DNA from: Armatimonadota bacterium
GTDB lineage: Bacteria > Armatimonadota > Fimbriimonadia > Fimbriimonadales > GBS-DC
Direction of reading: 5' to 3'
Length of the DNA: 64,000 nucleotides
Assembly: GCA_037444405.1 (NCBI GenBank)
Contig: JBBIML010000011.1
Coordinates: 96,653 to 160,652, forward strand
Below, in pieces: positions 18,142 through 29,278 of this stretch. The position numbers were made by a program, and so were the translations under genes. The notes under the pieces were generated by a model that worked only from the letters and a program-made list of their open reading frames with translations, made no database searches and was not told where the DNA came from. Positions within the stretch are counted from its first letter, which is position 1, and every line of letters begins with the position of its first letter.

Positions 18142-19841
18142 CCCGCCGCCTGAAGTTTGTCGTCCTCAGCGGTGCAAATGCAGTTGCGTCCGGACCGTTT
18201 TGCCCGATAGAGCGCGGCGTCGGCTTCATAGAGCAGTGTGGCGGGCGCCTGTCCCCGCCGATGGGTGGCGACGCCAAAGCTCGCCGTGACGGTCGCGTGT
18301 GGGTTCTGAATCGCGGCAACCTGCTGGCGCAGCCGTTCCGCCACGGCAACCGCCTCCTGCAAATCGGTGTTGGGCAGCAGGATGGCGAACTCCTCGCCTC
18401 CGTAACGGGCGACCACATCGTACGCGCGTGCCGACTGACGCAACACCGTCGCCACCTGGCGCAGCAGCTCGTCGCCCGCGGGATGCCCGAACCGATCGTT
18501 GAACTGCTTAAAATGGTCGATATCGAGCATAATCAGCGACAGGGGCTGACCCGAACGCTCCGCCATCTGCACCAGACTCAACAGCGATTCGTGGAACGCG
18601 CGATGGTTGCGCAGCCCCGTGAGGCTGTCGGTGACGACCGCATGGGAGAGCATGGCGTTCATGGCGACCAGCTCGCGATTGGCGGTCGCCAGCTCCTGAT
18701 TGGTCTGCTGGAGTTCATTATAGAGCCGTTCCAGCTCGCTTTTCTGGGCTTCGATCTCGCGGCGCTGCTGGTCCAGACGCTCGAAAGCGGCTTGCAGCTG
18801 TTCCGCCATATGGTTGAAAGCGCGTGCCAGGATGCCGAACTCGTCGCGGGCAGGGTAAGGCACGCGCGTCTCCCACATGCCCGACGCCAGTCGGTTCGCT
18901 GCCCGCAAAAAGAGGTCCAGATGGCGGCGCAGCATCACAATCACGGCTGCCGTCGATACACCTGTCAGCAGCAGACCCGCCAGCAGCAGATAGAGCGCGG
19001 CGCGCTGTATCGCCTGCTGCATCGCGCGGGCCTGCACTGTGGGCGTGCTAACGGTCAGCACCGCCACCACCTGATTGCCCACACCATGCAGGGGGGTGCC
19101 GAGTGTCAGCTTGCCATCGGGCTGGGTGAGCGCAAAGGGTGTGGAGCCATCAGCCGATCTCGGTATGGTCCCTGGCGGCATCAGTTTAACCGTGTTGTTG
19201 AGCCGCCCCCACAGGCGGGTCAAGAGCGCCCGATCCAGCTGGCGTGCCAGCATCAACACGCCCGCCTGCGGCGGCGCGTAGTTGTTGCCCAGCACGGGCG
19301 CACAGGCAACCTGATAGAGCGCACCGTCAATCCGCATCAGTCCCATCTGGCTGGAACCCTGTAGAGCGATTTTCAAGAGAGGGTTGCGCGGGCTTTGCAG
19401 CGCGGATATCTGACGACCTGCCTGGTAGACCGCGCGACCCTGCATGTCAAAAATCAGCACCGTATCGAGATAGAAGTGCGGCAATATCCAGTCGAGAATG
19501 TTTTCCTGAACCCAGGCTGAATCGCGCTGGAGCAATGCCTGCTGAAACTCATTCCAGACCGCATAGTCCTCGCAGGTGCGCAACAGTTGCCAACCCTCGT
19601 GTTCAAGCAGTATCTGGGCAGCTTTGAGCTGCTGGAGCAGGGTGAGCCGCTGCTGATCCGCCAGCGCGGTTCGCATGGAGTGAACGCTGATTATCAGATA
19701 GGGCGGAAGCAGCAGGGTGCTGGTGATGAAGATACTAATTGCCAGCCGTTTGCCAATAGGCTGTTGCGCCCATCGGAGCCAGAGACGCATCCGGGCATAA
19801 CTCCACAGACCTCGCACAATTCGCCAGCTGCTCAGTTTCAT
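18138..19841 (-). CDS. Diguanylate cyclase (CHASE4-HAMP-GGDEF)
   Basis: DYAVWNE CHASE4-like, RDEFGILARAFNHM HAMP, DIDHFK, RAYDVVARYGGEEF (RxxD I-site). Confidence 0.92.
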   Translation of the reverse strand: MKLSSWRIVRGLWSYARMRLWLRWAQQPIGKRLAISIFITSTLLLPPYLIISVHSMRTALADQQRLTLLQQLKAAQILLEHEGWQLLRTCEDYAVWNEFQQALLQRDSAWVQENILDWILPHFYLDTVLIFDMQGRAVYQAGRQISALQSPRNPLLKIALQGSSQMGLMRIDGALYQVACAPVLGNNYAPPQAGVLMLARQLDRALLTRLWGRLNNTVKLMPPGTIPRSADGSTPFALTQPDGKLTLGTPLHGVGNQVVAVLTVSTPTVQARAMQQAIQRAALYLLLAGLLLTGVSTAAVIVMLRRHLDLFLRAANRLASGMWETRVPYPARDEFGILARAFNHMAEQLQAAFERLDQQRREIEAQKSELERLYNELQQTNQELATANRELVAMNAMLSHAVVTDSLTGLRNHRAFHESLLSLVQMAERSGQPLSLIMLDIDHFKQFNDRFGHPAGDELLRQVATVLRQSARAYDVVARYGGEEFAILLPNTDLQEAVAVAERLRQQVAAIQNPHATVTASFGVATHRRGQAPATLLYEADAALYRAKRSGRNCICTAEDDKLQAAG

Positions 19842-19928
19842 CCGCCACTCCTTGCGTGTTTATTCCACATGCCCGCCGAATTTTTGAGCAACAGCAAGGG
19901 TTCGCGAATCGGGTACACTTCGGGCGGA

Positions 19929-20660
19929 ATGATGAAACGAGTGGACGGGCGAGCGGCGCATGAGATACGACCGCTGCAGATAGAGTACGGCTTTCACCCC
20001 TATGCGGAGGGTTCATGCCTGATTACGATGGGCAACACGCGCGTGCTGATTACGGCAACGGTGGAAGATAAGGTGCCGCCCTTTCTGAAGGGCACGGGCA
20101 GCGGCTGGATTACGGCGGAGTACGGAATGCTGCCCCGCGCGGGCAAACAGCGCAGTCAGCGTGATGTCGCCCGCGGCACGCCCAGCGGACGCACGATGGA
20201 AATCCAGCGTCTGATCGGGCGCTCCATCCGCTCCGTGGTCGACCTTTCGCAGCTAGGGGAGCGCACCATCACGCTCGATTGTGATGTACTGCAGGCGGAT
20301 GGCGGCACGCGCACCGCCTGTGTTACGGGCGGCTTCGTGGCGTTCGTGCAGGCGTGCCGCTGGATGATCGACGAAGGCTACCTGCAGCGGTTCCCCTTCC
20401 AGGAGCGTGTGGCAGCCATCAGCGTCGGCGTCGTGCGCAACGAGGAGCTGCTCGATCTGTGCTACGAGGAAGATGTGCAGGCAGCCGTCGATATGAATGT
20501 GGTGATGACCGATAAGGGGCGCTATGTGGAGGTGCAGGGCACAGCGGAGGGCGCACCCTTCTCGCGCGAGCGACTGATCCGTCTGCTCGATCTCGCGCAA
20601 AAGGGGCTTCAGCAGGTGTTCGAGATTCAGGCGAAGGCAGTGGAGGCGATTATGCGGTGA
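19929..20660 (+). CDS. rph: Ribonuclease PH
   Basis: GWITAEYGMLP, EIQRLIGRS, QADGGTRTA, VQGTAEG. Confidence 0.96.
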   Translation: MMKRVDGRAAHEIRPLQIEYGFHPYAEGSCLITMGNTRVLITATVEDKVPPFLKGTGSGWITAEYGMLPRAGKQRSQRDVARGTPSGRTMEIQRLIGRSIRSVVDLSQLGERTITLDCDVLQADGGTRTACVTGGFVAFVQACRWMIDEGYLQRFPFQERVAAISVGVVRNEELLDLCYEEDVQAAVDMNVVMTDKGRYVEVQGTAEGAPFSRERLIRLLDLAQKGLQQVFEIQAKAVEAIMR

Positions 20661-21421
20661 GTGAGGCGCGTCGCATCGTGTCGCTGGCGCCCTCCATCAC
20701 GGAGATTCTGTTCGCGCTGGGGCTGGGCGAGCGCGTGGTCGGCGTCACCGCCATGTGCGACTATCCCCCTGAAGCGAAGCGCAAGCCCAAAGTGGGCGAT
20801 GCGAACATCAGCCCTGAACGGGTGATCGCGCTCAAGCCCGACCTGGTGGTGGCGCATGAGCTGCTCAACAGCCGCGTGATTCCCGTTCTGCGTCGGCTCG
20901 GCGTGCGTGTGCTGAGTGCGAACCCGAACACCTTCGAGAAGCTCTTCGCCTTCATTGTGCAGATTGGCAGGGCGGCGGGCGTGCCCCGGCGGGCGGAGCA
21001 GCTCGCGCGCCAGCTGAGGGAGCGCATGGAGCGCGTACATCGGCGTGTTCAGCGCACGCGCCTGCGCCCGCGCGTGCTGTTTGTGATCGGGCTGGAGCCG
21101 CTCTGGGCGTCGGGACGCGACACCTTCGCCGATGATCTCATCCGTCGGGCAGGCGGCGCGAACGCGCTGGGCAGCGCTATGCGGGGTTTCCGCGCGATCA
21201 GTATGGAGACCGCGCTCGCCTGCCGACCCGAAGTGATTGTGCTGGCGGGACCCAAAAAGCAGGCAATCTTAGCTGACCCGCGCTGGCGTCGCACGCCCGC
21301 CGTTCAGCGCCAGCGCGTGTATGAAGTGAACCCCGACCTCTACCTGCGCGAATCGCCCCGCCTCATCGACGCGCTGGAACAACTGGCAAAGCTGCTTCAT
21401 CCCGAACTGGGACCGCTTTAG
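20657..21421 (+). CDS. Cobalamin/iron ABC substrate-binding protein (BtuF-like)
   Basis: RIVSLAPSITEILFALG, CDYPPEA; no signal peptide seen. Confidence 0.85.
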   Translation: MSEARRIVSLAPSITEILFALGLGERVVGVTAMCDYPPEAKRKPKVGDANISPERVIALKPDLVVAHELLNSRVIPVLRRLGVRVLSANPNTFEKLFAFIVQIGRAAGVPRRAEQLARQLRERMERVHRRVQRTRLRPRVLFVIGLEPLWASGRDTFADDLIRRAGGANALGSAMRGFRAISMETALACRPEVIVLAGPKKQAILADPRWRRTPAVQRQRVYEVNPDLYLRESPRLIDALEQLAKLLHPELGPL

Positions 21422-22065
21422 CTCTGCTCGGCAGACAGGCGTTCCAGTGCCTGGGCTAAAGCGGCTTCCAGCTGTTTCTGGGTCATGGTGACGGTGAGGT
21501 CGGCGCGGGTGCGCTCCAGCACGGCACGCAGCGCGTCGCAGGCGCGCCGCAGCCCCATCGTGAGCGCGTCGGGATAGTCGAAGGTAATCAGTTCGTCATA
21601 AATCTCGTCCATCACTTTCAGCAGGGTCTCGGCATGCGCCAGCTCGCCCGCTCGCAGTAAATCCAGCACATAGCGGCGGCACTCGGAGGCGGCTTCCGCC
21701 ATGCCGTTCAGGTACGCCCCGCACTCCACGCCCAGCTCGTCGGGTTCTGGCAGGGCATTTCCCAGCACAATCGCGTAGAGCGTTTCGCCCTCCACATACT
21801 CTTTTTCGGCATCCTGCAGAAAGCCCGCGTAATAGAGCATCGGATAGGGCATCAGTCGCTCCCGTGCGCCCTGAATCTGCTGATATGCTTCGCTGAGCAG
21901 AGCGCGACAGGCATCGAACTCGCGCCGATGCAGGCTGCGAATGGCGCGGGCGCAGAGCTGGATGGCTTTGCGGCACGCCTGCAACGCCTCCTCGCGTGCC
22001 TGATGACGCTCCTCCAGCTGCTGACGCAACTGCTCGGCTATCGCGCTCCAGTGGTTCGGTTGCAT
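21418..22065 (-). CDS. Translin/TRAX (C3PO)-family protein
   Basis: EERHQAREEAL..RAIRSLHR, KEYVEG, YLNGMAEAASECRR, LRRACDALR. Confidence 0.8.
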   Translation of the reverse strand: MQPNHWSAIAEQLRQQLEERHQAREEALQACRKAIQLCARAIRSLHRREFDACRALLSEAYQQIQGARERLMPYPMLYYAGFLQDAEKEYVEGETLYAIVLGNALPEPDELGVECGAYLNGMAEAASECRRYVLDLLRAGELAHAETLLKVMDEIYDELITFDYPDALTMGLRRACDALRAVLERTRADLTVTMTQKQLEAALAQALERLSAEQS

Positions 22066-22073
22066 CGGCGGGA

Positions 22074-22979
22074 TTATACCTGTGGCAGGACGAACGGCAC
22101 GCGCGCGGGCAGCACCTCACAGTGCAGGTGGCTCGTGTAGATGAGTTCGCCATCGACCGACACTGGCTCCATATCGGGCAGCCAGAGGCGCACGCTTCTG
22201 GCTCGCCAGTGATGCACCGATGGATGACCCAGATGCTCGCCGCGCAGCGCACGCGGGAACTGGCGCAAAAACTCCAGTCGTGGAATATACTCGATCAGGC
22301 ACACATCGAAGCAGCCGTCGTCGAACTCGGCGAAGGGCGCGATGCGGATGCCCCCGCCATAGCTGCGCCCGTTGGCAATCGCCACCAGCAGCGCCGATTG
22401 CTCGATGCGTTGCCCGTCGATTTCCAGCAGCAGTGGCACAGGCTGATAGTGCCAGAGCTGTTTCAGGATCGCCACGATGTATGCCAGCCGTCCCCAGCGC
22501 CGCTTGAGGTGTTCGCTGGTGGCGTCGTTCACGCGGGCGTCGAAGCCGACGCCGACCACATTGAAGAAGAAATGCTCGCGTCCGTCGGGCAACTGGATGC
22601 GCCCGGCGTCGAGCGTCTGGCAGGTGGGCTGGGCAAGACCGGGCAGCGCCTGTTGCAGGCGTTTGGGCACGCCCAGCTCGCGCGCGGCGTCGTTGGCGGT
22701 GCCGACAGGCAGGCACGCGATGCGCGTGGTGTCCGCCACCTCGCCGCGCTCCACCGCCCGCAGGTAGCCGCCCACCACACTGCTGAGCGTGCCATCGCCA
22801 CCGACCGCGACGCAGACCGCACCCTCCCTGGCTAACCGTGCCGAGACCTCGATCCCCTCCTCCAGCGAGCGGGTGCAGATAGTGCGCCAGTGTTCCAGCG
22901 CGGTACGCACCACACGCAGGCGTCGAGTGGCGCGCCCTCCCCCCGCGCTGGGGTTCACCACCAGATACCCTCGCTGCAC
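22074..22979 (-). CDS. Diacylglycerol/lipid kinase (YegS/DagK family)
   Basis: VNPSAGGG, GGDGT, PVGTANDAA, NGRSYGGG, VDGE. Confidence 0.92.
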   Translation of the reverse strand: MQRGYLVVNPSAGGGRATRRLRVVRTALEHWRTICTRSLEEGIEVSARLAREGAVCVAVGGDGTLSSVVGGYLRAVERGEVADTTRIACLPVGTANDAARELGVPKRLQQALPGLAQPTCQTLDAGRIQLPDGREHFFFNVVGVGFDARVNDATSEHLKRRWGRLAYIVAILKQLWHYQPVPLLLEIDGQRIEQSALLVAIANGRSYGGGIRIAPFAEFDDGCFDVCLIEYIPRLEFLRQFPRALRGEHLGHPSVHHWRARSVRLWLPDMEPVSVDGELIYTSHLHCEVLPARVPFVLPQV

Positions 22980-23055
22980 AGCCCCTCCATTCGCGCATAC
23001 TGCCACGATTCCTGCTTTTTCGCGACAGGGAACCTTTTCGGGCGTCGTTCGTATA

Positions 23056-23081
23056 GATATATAGACAAGCGTCTATATATC
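23056..23081. promoter_or_regulatory. Probable ArsR autoregulatory operator
   Basis: Perfect 11-4-11 inverted repeat gatatatagac-aagc-gtctatatatc just before the ArsR start. Confidence 0.72.
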
Positions 23082-23090
23082 GGTGAGGCG

Positions 23091-23378
23091 ATGGACGAGA
23101 GGCAGTGGGTGCAGGTGGCGCGGGCGCTCGCCGATCCGACACGGCTGGGGTTGTTGCGGGCGATTGCCCAGCATGGCGAGCTGTCCTGCGGCGAGCTGGC
23201 GGAGCGGTTCCCGATTGCGCAGGCGACCGTCTCGCATCATCTGAATGTGCTGATCGGTGCGGGACTGGTGACAATGCGCAAGCAGGGGCAATATCACCTG
23301 TTTCGGCTTCAGGCGGATACGCTCCGCGCCTTCTGCCAGCAGCTTCAGCAACTGGTGGAGCCTGCGCCCACCGAATAG
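23091..23378 (+). CDS. ArsR/SmtB family regulator
   Basis: ALADPTRL, SCGEL, QATVSHHL. Confidence 0.9.
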   Translation: MDERQWVQVARALADPTRLGLLRAIAQHGELSCGELAERFPIAQATVSHHLNVLIGAGLVTMRKQGQYHLFRLQADTLRAFCQQLQQLVEPAPTE

Positions 23379-23409
23379 ACGCTTGAAACACTCACAAGGA
23401 GGGATTGCT

Positions 23410-24006
23410 ATGAGCAAAACATGCACAGGGCGCTGGATGGCATATCTGAGCGCATTCGGATTGCTGATGGGTTCGTTGCCGGGCGCGTACGCCCAGCGGG
23501 TGACCTATCAGGTCGACCCCGTTCACTCGTTTGTGATTTTCCGCGTGAAGCACATGAACACCGCGTATGCCTACGGGCGATTCAACTCGTTCCGCGGCAC
23601 GATTGTTGTCGATGAGCGCAATCCTGCCAACAGCTCCGTGGAGTTCGAGATCGATGTGAACAGTGTGGACACGGGCAACAACCAGCGGGATGACCATCTG
23701 CGCGGGCCCGACTTCTTCAATGTGCGTCAGTACCCCAAAATCACCTTCCGCAGCACCTCCGTGCGTAAGATCAACAACACCACGGTGGAGGTGAAGGGCA
23801 ACCTTACCATTCGGGGCACCACTCGCCCGCTGACAGTGCGCGTGACCTATGTGGGCAAGGGACGCAACCCGCGCGGGCAGGAGATTATCGGCTTCGAGAC
23901 CACCTTCACGATTAAGCGCAGCCAGTTCGGGGTCAGCTACGGGCTGAACGGCGGTCTGGCAGACGATGTGCGCGTGACGGTGGCTGTGGAGGCGATTCGG
24001 CAGTGA
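23410..24006 (+). CDS. YceI family protein
   Basis: DPVHSFVIFRVKH, SVDTGNNQRDDHL, IKRSQFG. Confidence 0.93.
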   Translation: MSKTCTGRWMAYLSAFGLLMGSLPGAYAQRVTYQVDPVHSFVIFRVKHMNTAYAYGRFNSFRGTIVVDERNPANSSVEFEIDVNSVDTGNNQRDDHLRGPDFFNVRQYPKITFRSTSVRKINNTTVEVKGNLTIRGTTRPLTVRVTYVGKGRNPRGQEIIGFETTFTIKRSQFGVSYGLNGGLADDVRVTVAVEAIRQ

Positions 24007-24878
24007 GTGTGGTATGGCACTCGTTGCTAACGGCGGGTGTGCCCGCGCTGGTGGCTGGCATCGTGTGGCTGCTTGGCGGGCGCATTCCGCCGCTGGCACG
24101 CTTTCAGGGAGTGCTGTATCCGCTGGCGTTCGGTGTAAGCTTCTGCCTTGCCTGCTGGCTGACCGTGGGCAGACCCGCCTTTCCACCGACCGACGCCATG
24201 CACTGGCTGTTCTACTTCGCGCTAATGGGCATTCTGCTCGGCTGGCTGGCGGAGATACCGGCGGACTATCGCTGGCTGTGGGGCGCGCTGGCGCTCCTGC
24301 TGCTGGGCGGATGGATGGTGCTGGCGTTGAAACCCCTCATCCAGTCGGGCTACTGGACGCCCGTCAGCGGTGTTCGCATCATTCTGGTGCTGACGGTTGC
24401 CACCTGGCTGTTGGCGGTGCTGGTCGCGCCGAATGGGGAGCAGGAGCGCGGGGCAGGCTTGCCCTTTTTGCTGGCGACGCTGGGCGGACTGAGCGCGGGG
24501 CTGATTTTTTACAATAAGAGCGCGTCGCTGGGTCAGCTCGCAGGTTCGCTGGGCGCGATTGTGGGCGTTGGTGTACCCATTGGCTGGCTCCTGCGCGACT
24601 TTCGGTTGCGGCGCGGCGTGGTGAGCGTCGCGCTGATGGTGCTGGCGTTGCTGTGGGCGCTGGCTTATGGCTATGCGGAGTTGCCCGCCCGCTATCTGGC
24701 TCTGCTCTATCTGTCGGGCGCAAGCCTTGCCCTCAGCCGCTTGAAACCGCTCGCGCGCCTCAATCCGATTGCCCTTTTTGCCCTGCGCCTGCTACTGCTG
24801 CTGATCCTTGCTGGCATCCCGCTCCTGCTCAGCTATCAGACATATATGGCAGGTCAGGAGGAGTATCCCTATTATTAG
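24003..24878 (+). CDS. Multi-pass membrane protein
   Basis: About 9 hydrophobic segments, translationally coupled to yceI. Confidence 0.75.
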   Translation: MSVVWHSLLTAGVPALVAGIVWLLGGRIPPLARFQGVLYPLAFGVSFCLACWLTVGRPAFPPTDAMHWLFYFALMGILLGWLAEIPADYRWLWGALALLLLGGWMVLALKPLIQSGYWTPVSGVRIILVLTVATWLLAVLVAPNGEQERGAGLPFLLATLGGLSAGLIFYNKSASLGQLAGSLGAIVGVGVPIGWLLRDFRLRRGVVSVALMVLALLWALAYGYAELPARYLALLYLSGASLALSRLKPLARLNPIALFALRLLLLLILAGIPLLLSYQTYMAGQEEYPYY

Positions 24879-24899
24879 GCTGGGTACAATAGTTTGGCT

Positions 24900-26576
24900 A
24901 TGGAGTGGGCGACGAGGGTACTGAGCTGGACGCTCTGGATGCCGCTGATAGGTGCTCTGCTGGTTTTGCTAATGCCGCGTTCCCAGCGCTGGACGGCATG
25001 GGCGGTGGCGATGGTATTTGCGCTGCTCACGCTGGGGCTGACCTTCCTGCTGGCGGCTTATTTTGACCCGACCGCGGCGGGCTATCAGTTTGTAGAGCGC
25101 GTGGCGTGGCTGCCCGATTATGGCGTCTCGTACCTGCTGGGCATCGACGGGGTCAGCTTATGGCTGGTGATGCTGACGGCGGCGCTGGGCGTGCTGACGA
25201 TAGGCTATCTGGGGCTAATGGCAGCCCGCACGGACGGCGCGGAACCACTCGAACGCCTGCATGCGTTTCTCTTTCACCTGCTGTTGCTGGAGACCGCCCT
25301 GCTGGGCGTGTTCATGGCGCTCGATCTGGTGCTGTTCTATGTGTTTTTTGAGCTGACGCTGGTGCCGACTTATTTTCTGATTGCGCTCTGGGGCGGCGAG
25401 CGGCGCAGTTATGCCGCGTTGAAGTTCTTTCTGTACACCTTTTTCGGCTCGCTGTTTATGTTGCTGGCGGCGCTGTGGCTGGCGTTCGCACACTATCGGG
25501 CAACGGGCGCGATAACTTTCGAGCTGATGCGCCTGCAGGCGTTTGTGGCGGAGGGGGGTGTGCCGTTCGAGGTGCAGAAGTGGCTCTTTCTGGGTTTCGC
25601 GCTGGCGTTCGCGATTAAGCTGCCCCTTGTGCCGTTTCACACCTGGTGGCCCCTCGCGATGGGCGAGGCGCCCATCCCCGTGGTGGTGCTGTTTTTGAAG
25701 ACGGGCGCGTACGCCTTTTTGCGCTTCGCGTTGCCGCTGTTTCCCGACGCGGCGCAGGCGTTCGCGCCGCTGGGCATGGCGCTGGCAGCGATTGCGGTGG
25801 TGTACGCTGCCATCGTGGCGACCATGCAGACCGACATGAAGCAGGTCGCGCTCTATGCAGTGGTGAGCCACGCGGGGTTCATCATGATGGGGCTGTTCGC
25901 GCTGAATGAGGCGGGCTTCACTGGGAGCGTGATCCAGCAGCTCAATCACGGGGTGACGATGGGCGCGCTGTTTCTGCTGATGGGTCTGCTGAAGGCGCGC
26001 ACGGGCACGCTGGAGATAGGGCGACTGGGCGGGCTGAAGGCACAGATACCCCTGCTTTCCGCGCTGTTCCTGATTGCGCTGCTGGCGGCGGTCGCCCTGC
26101 CAGGCACCAACGGCTTCATCGGCGAGTTCCTGTGCCTGTTCGGGGCGTATCAGGCGTCGCGTGAGGGGCTGACTCCGCTCCTGTGGGTGGTGATCGGCGC
26201 GACGGGCACGATTCTATCGGTGGTCTATATGCTCTGGATGTTCCAGCGCGTGTTCTACGGTCCCCTTCCAGAGCAATTGAAGACGGTGCGCGACCTGAAG
26301 CCGGCGGAGGTTGCGCTGGTGCTGCCGCTGATCGCGCTGATTTTCTGGATCGGCTTACAACCCCTTCGCTTCACCCGAGCGATGGAACCTGCCGCGATGC
26401 AGTGGACAGGGCAGTTTGAAAAGAGGGTCTATCAGCCCGCGTTGAACACCACCTGGTTTGACCAGGGTTCGTGCAGGGATTCCTTCATGGTTGAAAAGCA
26501 GGCGTACCGTGCTTGGCTTTGCCAGCGCAGCCACACCGACCTGCCACCGCTCGGCAGGGCTGTACCAGATGAATAG
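24900..26576 (+). CDS. nuoM: NADH-quinone oxidoreductase subunit M (orphan)
   Basis: LGIDGVS, FYVFFE, KFFLYT, PFHTW, LPGTNGFIGEF. Confidence 0.9.
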   Translation: MEWATRVLSWTLWMPLIGALLVLLMPRSQRWTAWAVAMVFALLTLGLTFLLAAYFDPTAAGYQFVERVAWLPDYGVSYLLGIDGVSLWLVMLTAALGVLTIGYLGLMAARTDGAEPLERLHAFLFHLLLLETALLGVFMALDLVLFYVFFELTLVPTYFLIALWGGERRSYAALKFFLYTFFGSLFMLLAALWLAFAHYRATGAITFELMRLQAFVAEGGVPFEVQKWLFLGFALAFAIKLPLVPFHTWWPLAMGEAPIPVVVLFLKTGAYAFLRFALPLFPDAAQAFAPLGMALAAIAVVYAAIVATMQTDMKQVALYAVVSHAGFIMMGLFALNEAGFTGSVIQQLNHGVTMGALFLLMGLLKARTGTLEIGRLGGLKAQIPLLSALFLIALLAAVALPGTNGFIGEFLCLFGAYQASREGLTPLLWVVIGATGTILSVVYMLWMFQRVFYGPLPEQLKTVRDLKPAEVALVLPLIALIFWIGLQPLRFTRAMEPAAMQWTGQFEKRVYQPALNTTWFDQGSCRDSFMVEKQAYRAWLCQRSHTDLPPLGRAVPDE

Positions 26577-26722
26577 CTCCGCGCGAGTGGGCATCGCGCT
26601 ATTATAAGCGCCTGATACCAGCCACTGCCGGGGTGCTAACACACTGCTTATCCGGGCTGTAAGGCTATCGGCAGCCGGCTTGTCCTGTATCGCATAACCC
26701 GCTGGAACGCACATTGAAAGGG

Positions 26723-26752
26723 TTGACACAGGTGGGATGGAGGGGGTATAAT
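26723..26752 (+). promoter_or_regulatory. sigma70 promoter
   Basis: TTGACA-18-TATAAT. Confidence 0.8.
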
Positions 26753-26842
26753 GCCCCTGCCATGCGACCGAAGTCGCATGGACGCAGGTCAGGAACCCCG
26801 TTAATCTAACGGGGTTGAAACACTTTACCAGGGAGGGCAGGC

Positions 26843-27580
26843 ATGGGTAATGTTTTCAAAATCGGAGGGCTGTTAGCCCTGTTTTTAAGTTTAATCGTTA
26901 GCGCCGTTGCCCAAAAAACAATCCGATACACCGTTAAGGAGGGCGATTCGCTCTATGCGATTGCTCACCGTTTCGGGTTGCGATTGCCTGAGCTGTTGAG
27001 GGTGAACAGTTTCCGCAACCCGCACAAAATCAAACCGGGCGATGTGGTCTGCATCCCGGTGAAGGGCGCGTCGGCAAGGGGTAAGCCGTCGTCATCGGTG
27101 CGCCCCACAAATGTTAGCAGGTCGCCGGGTGTCCGTCAGTCGGCATCGAGGCGCAATCCGTCGCGGACGGCTGCGCTGGCGATGCTGAAGAGCGATAGTG
27201 GGCTGAGTCCGACGGCACGGCGCGTGCTGGAGATTGCCCACCGCCATCTGGGGCGACCCTATCGCTATGGCGGTAGCAGCTCGCGCGGGTTCGATTGTTC
27301 GGGCTTCGCACTGCATGTCTATCGCAGTGTGGGCGTCAGCCTGCCGCATAGCGCGAGCGCTCAGGCACAACTGGGTAAGCCCGTATCCCGCGACCAGTTG
27401 CAGCCGGGCGATCTGGTCTTTTTCCGCACGCGCGGACGCCGCATCTCGCATGTGGGTATCTACATCGGCAACGGCAAGTTCATTCATGCATCCAGCGCGC
27501 GCGGGCGCGTGCGAATCGACTCGCTGAACGAAGGCTACTATCAGCGGCGCTATGTGTGCGCCCGCCGAATCAGCCGCTAA
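26843..27580 (+). CDS. LysM-NlpC/P60 cell-wall peptidase
   Basis: YTVKEGDSL LysM; GFDCSG, HVGIYIG, FIHASS. Confidence 0.95.
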   Translation: MGNVFKIGGLLALFLSLIVSAVAQKTIRYTVKEGDSLYAIAHRFGLRLPELLRVNSFRNPHKIKPGDVVCIPVKGASARGKPSSSVRPTNVSRSPGVRQSASRRNPSRTAALAMLKSDSGLSPTARRVLEIAHRHLGRPYRYGGSSSRGFDCSGFALHVYRSVGVSLPHSASAQAQLGKPVSRDQLQPGDLVFFRTRGRRISHVGIYIGNGKFIHASSARGRVRIDSLNEGYYQRRYVCARRISR

Positions 27581-27633
27581 ACCTCATCTTCAGCTTTCAA
27601 CTCCCCTCCTGACACAGGAGGGGGGTTGACCCC

Positions 27634-27661
27634 TTGACATTCCTGTCATGGCGGGTATAAT
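27634..27661 (+). promoter_or_regulatory. sigma70 promoter, preceded by a hairpin at about 27598-27628
   Basis: TTGACA-16-TATAAT. Confidence 0.75.
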
Positions 27662-27806
27662 AATGGGTCGACACCATGGGCAAGCATTCGGTCAGACGCC
27701 ACGCGGGGTGGAGCGCAAACATCGAAGCGCCCGCGCATGTTGTGGTGTCTAATGCCAGTCATACCACTTCGAAAACCGCTGCCATCAAAGGGACGGTGAT
27801 AGATGA

Positions 27807-29275
<1,469 letters not shown>

Positions 29276-29278
29276 GAG

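Noticed and set aside
27702..27714. CGCGGGGTGGAGC, matching the 5' end of initiator tRNA-Met
   Set aside because: No D-loop continuation, anticodon arm, TTC loop or CCA end; not a tRNA.
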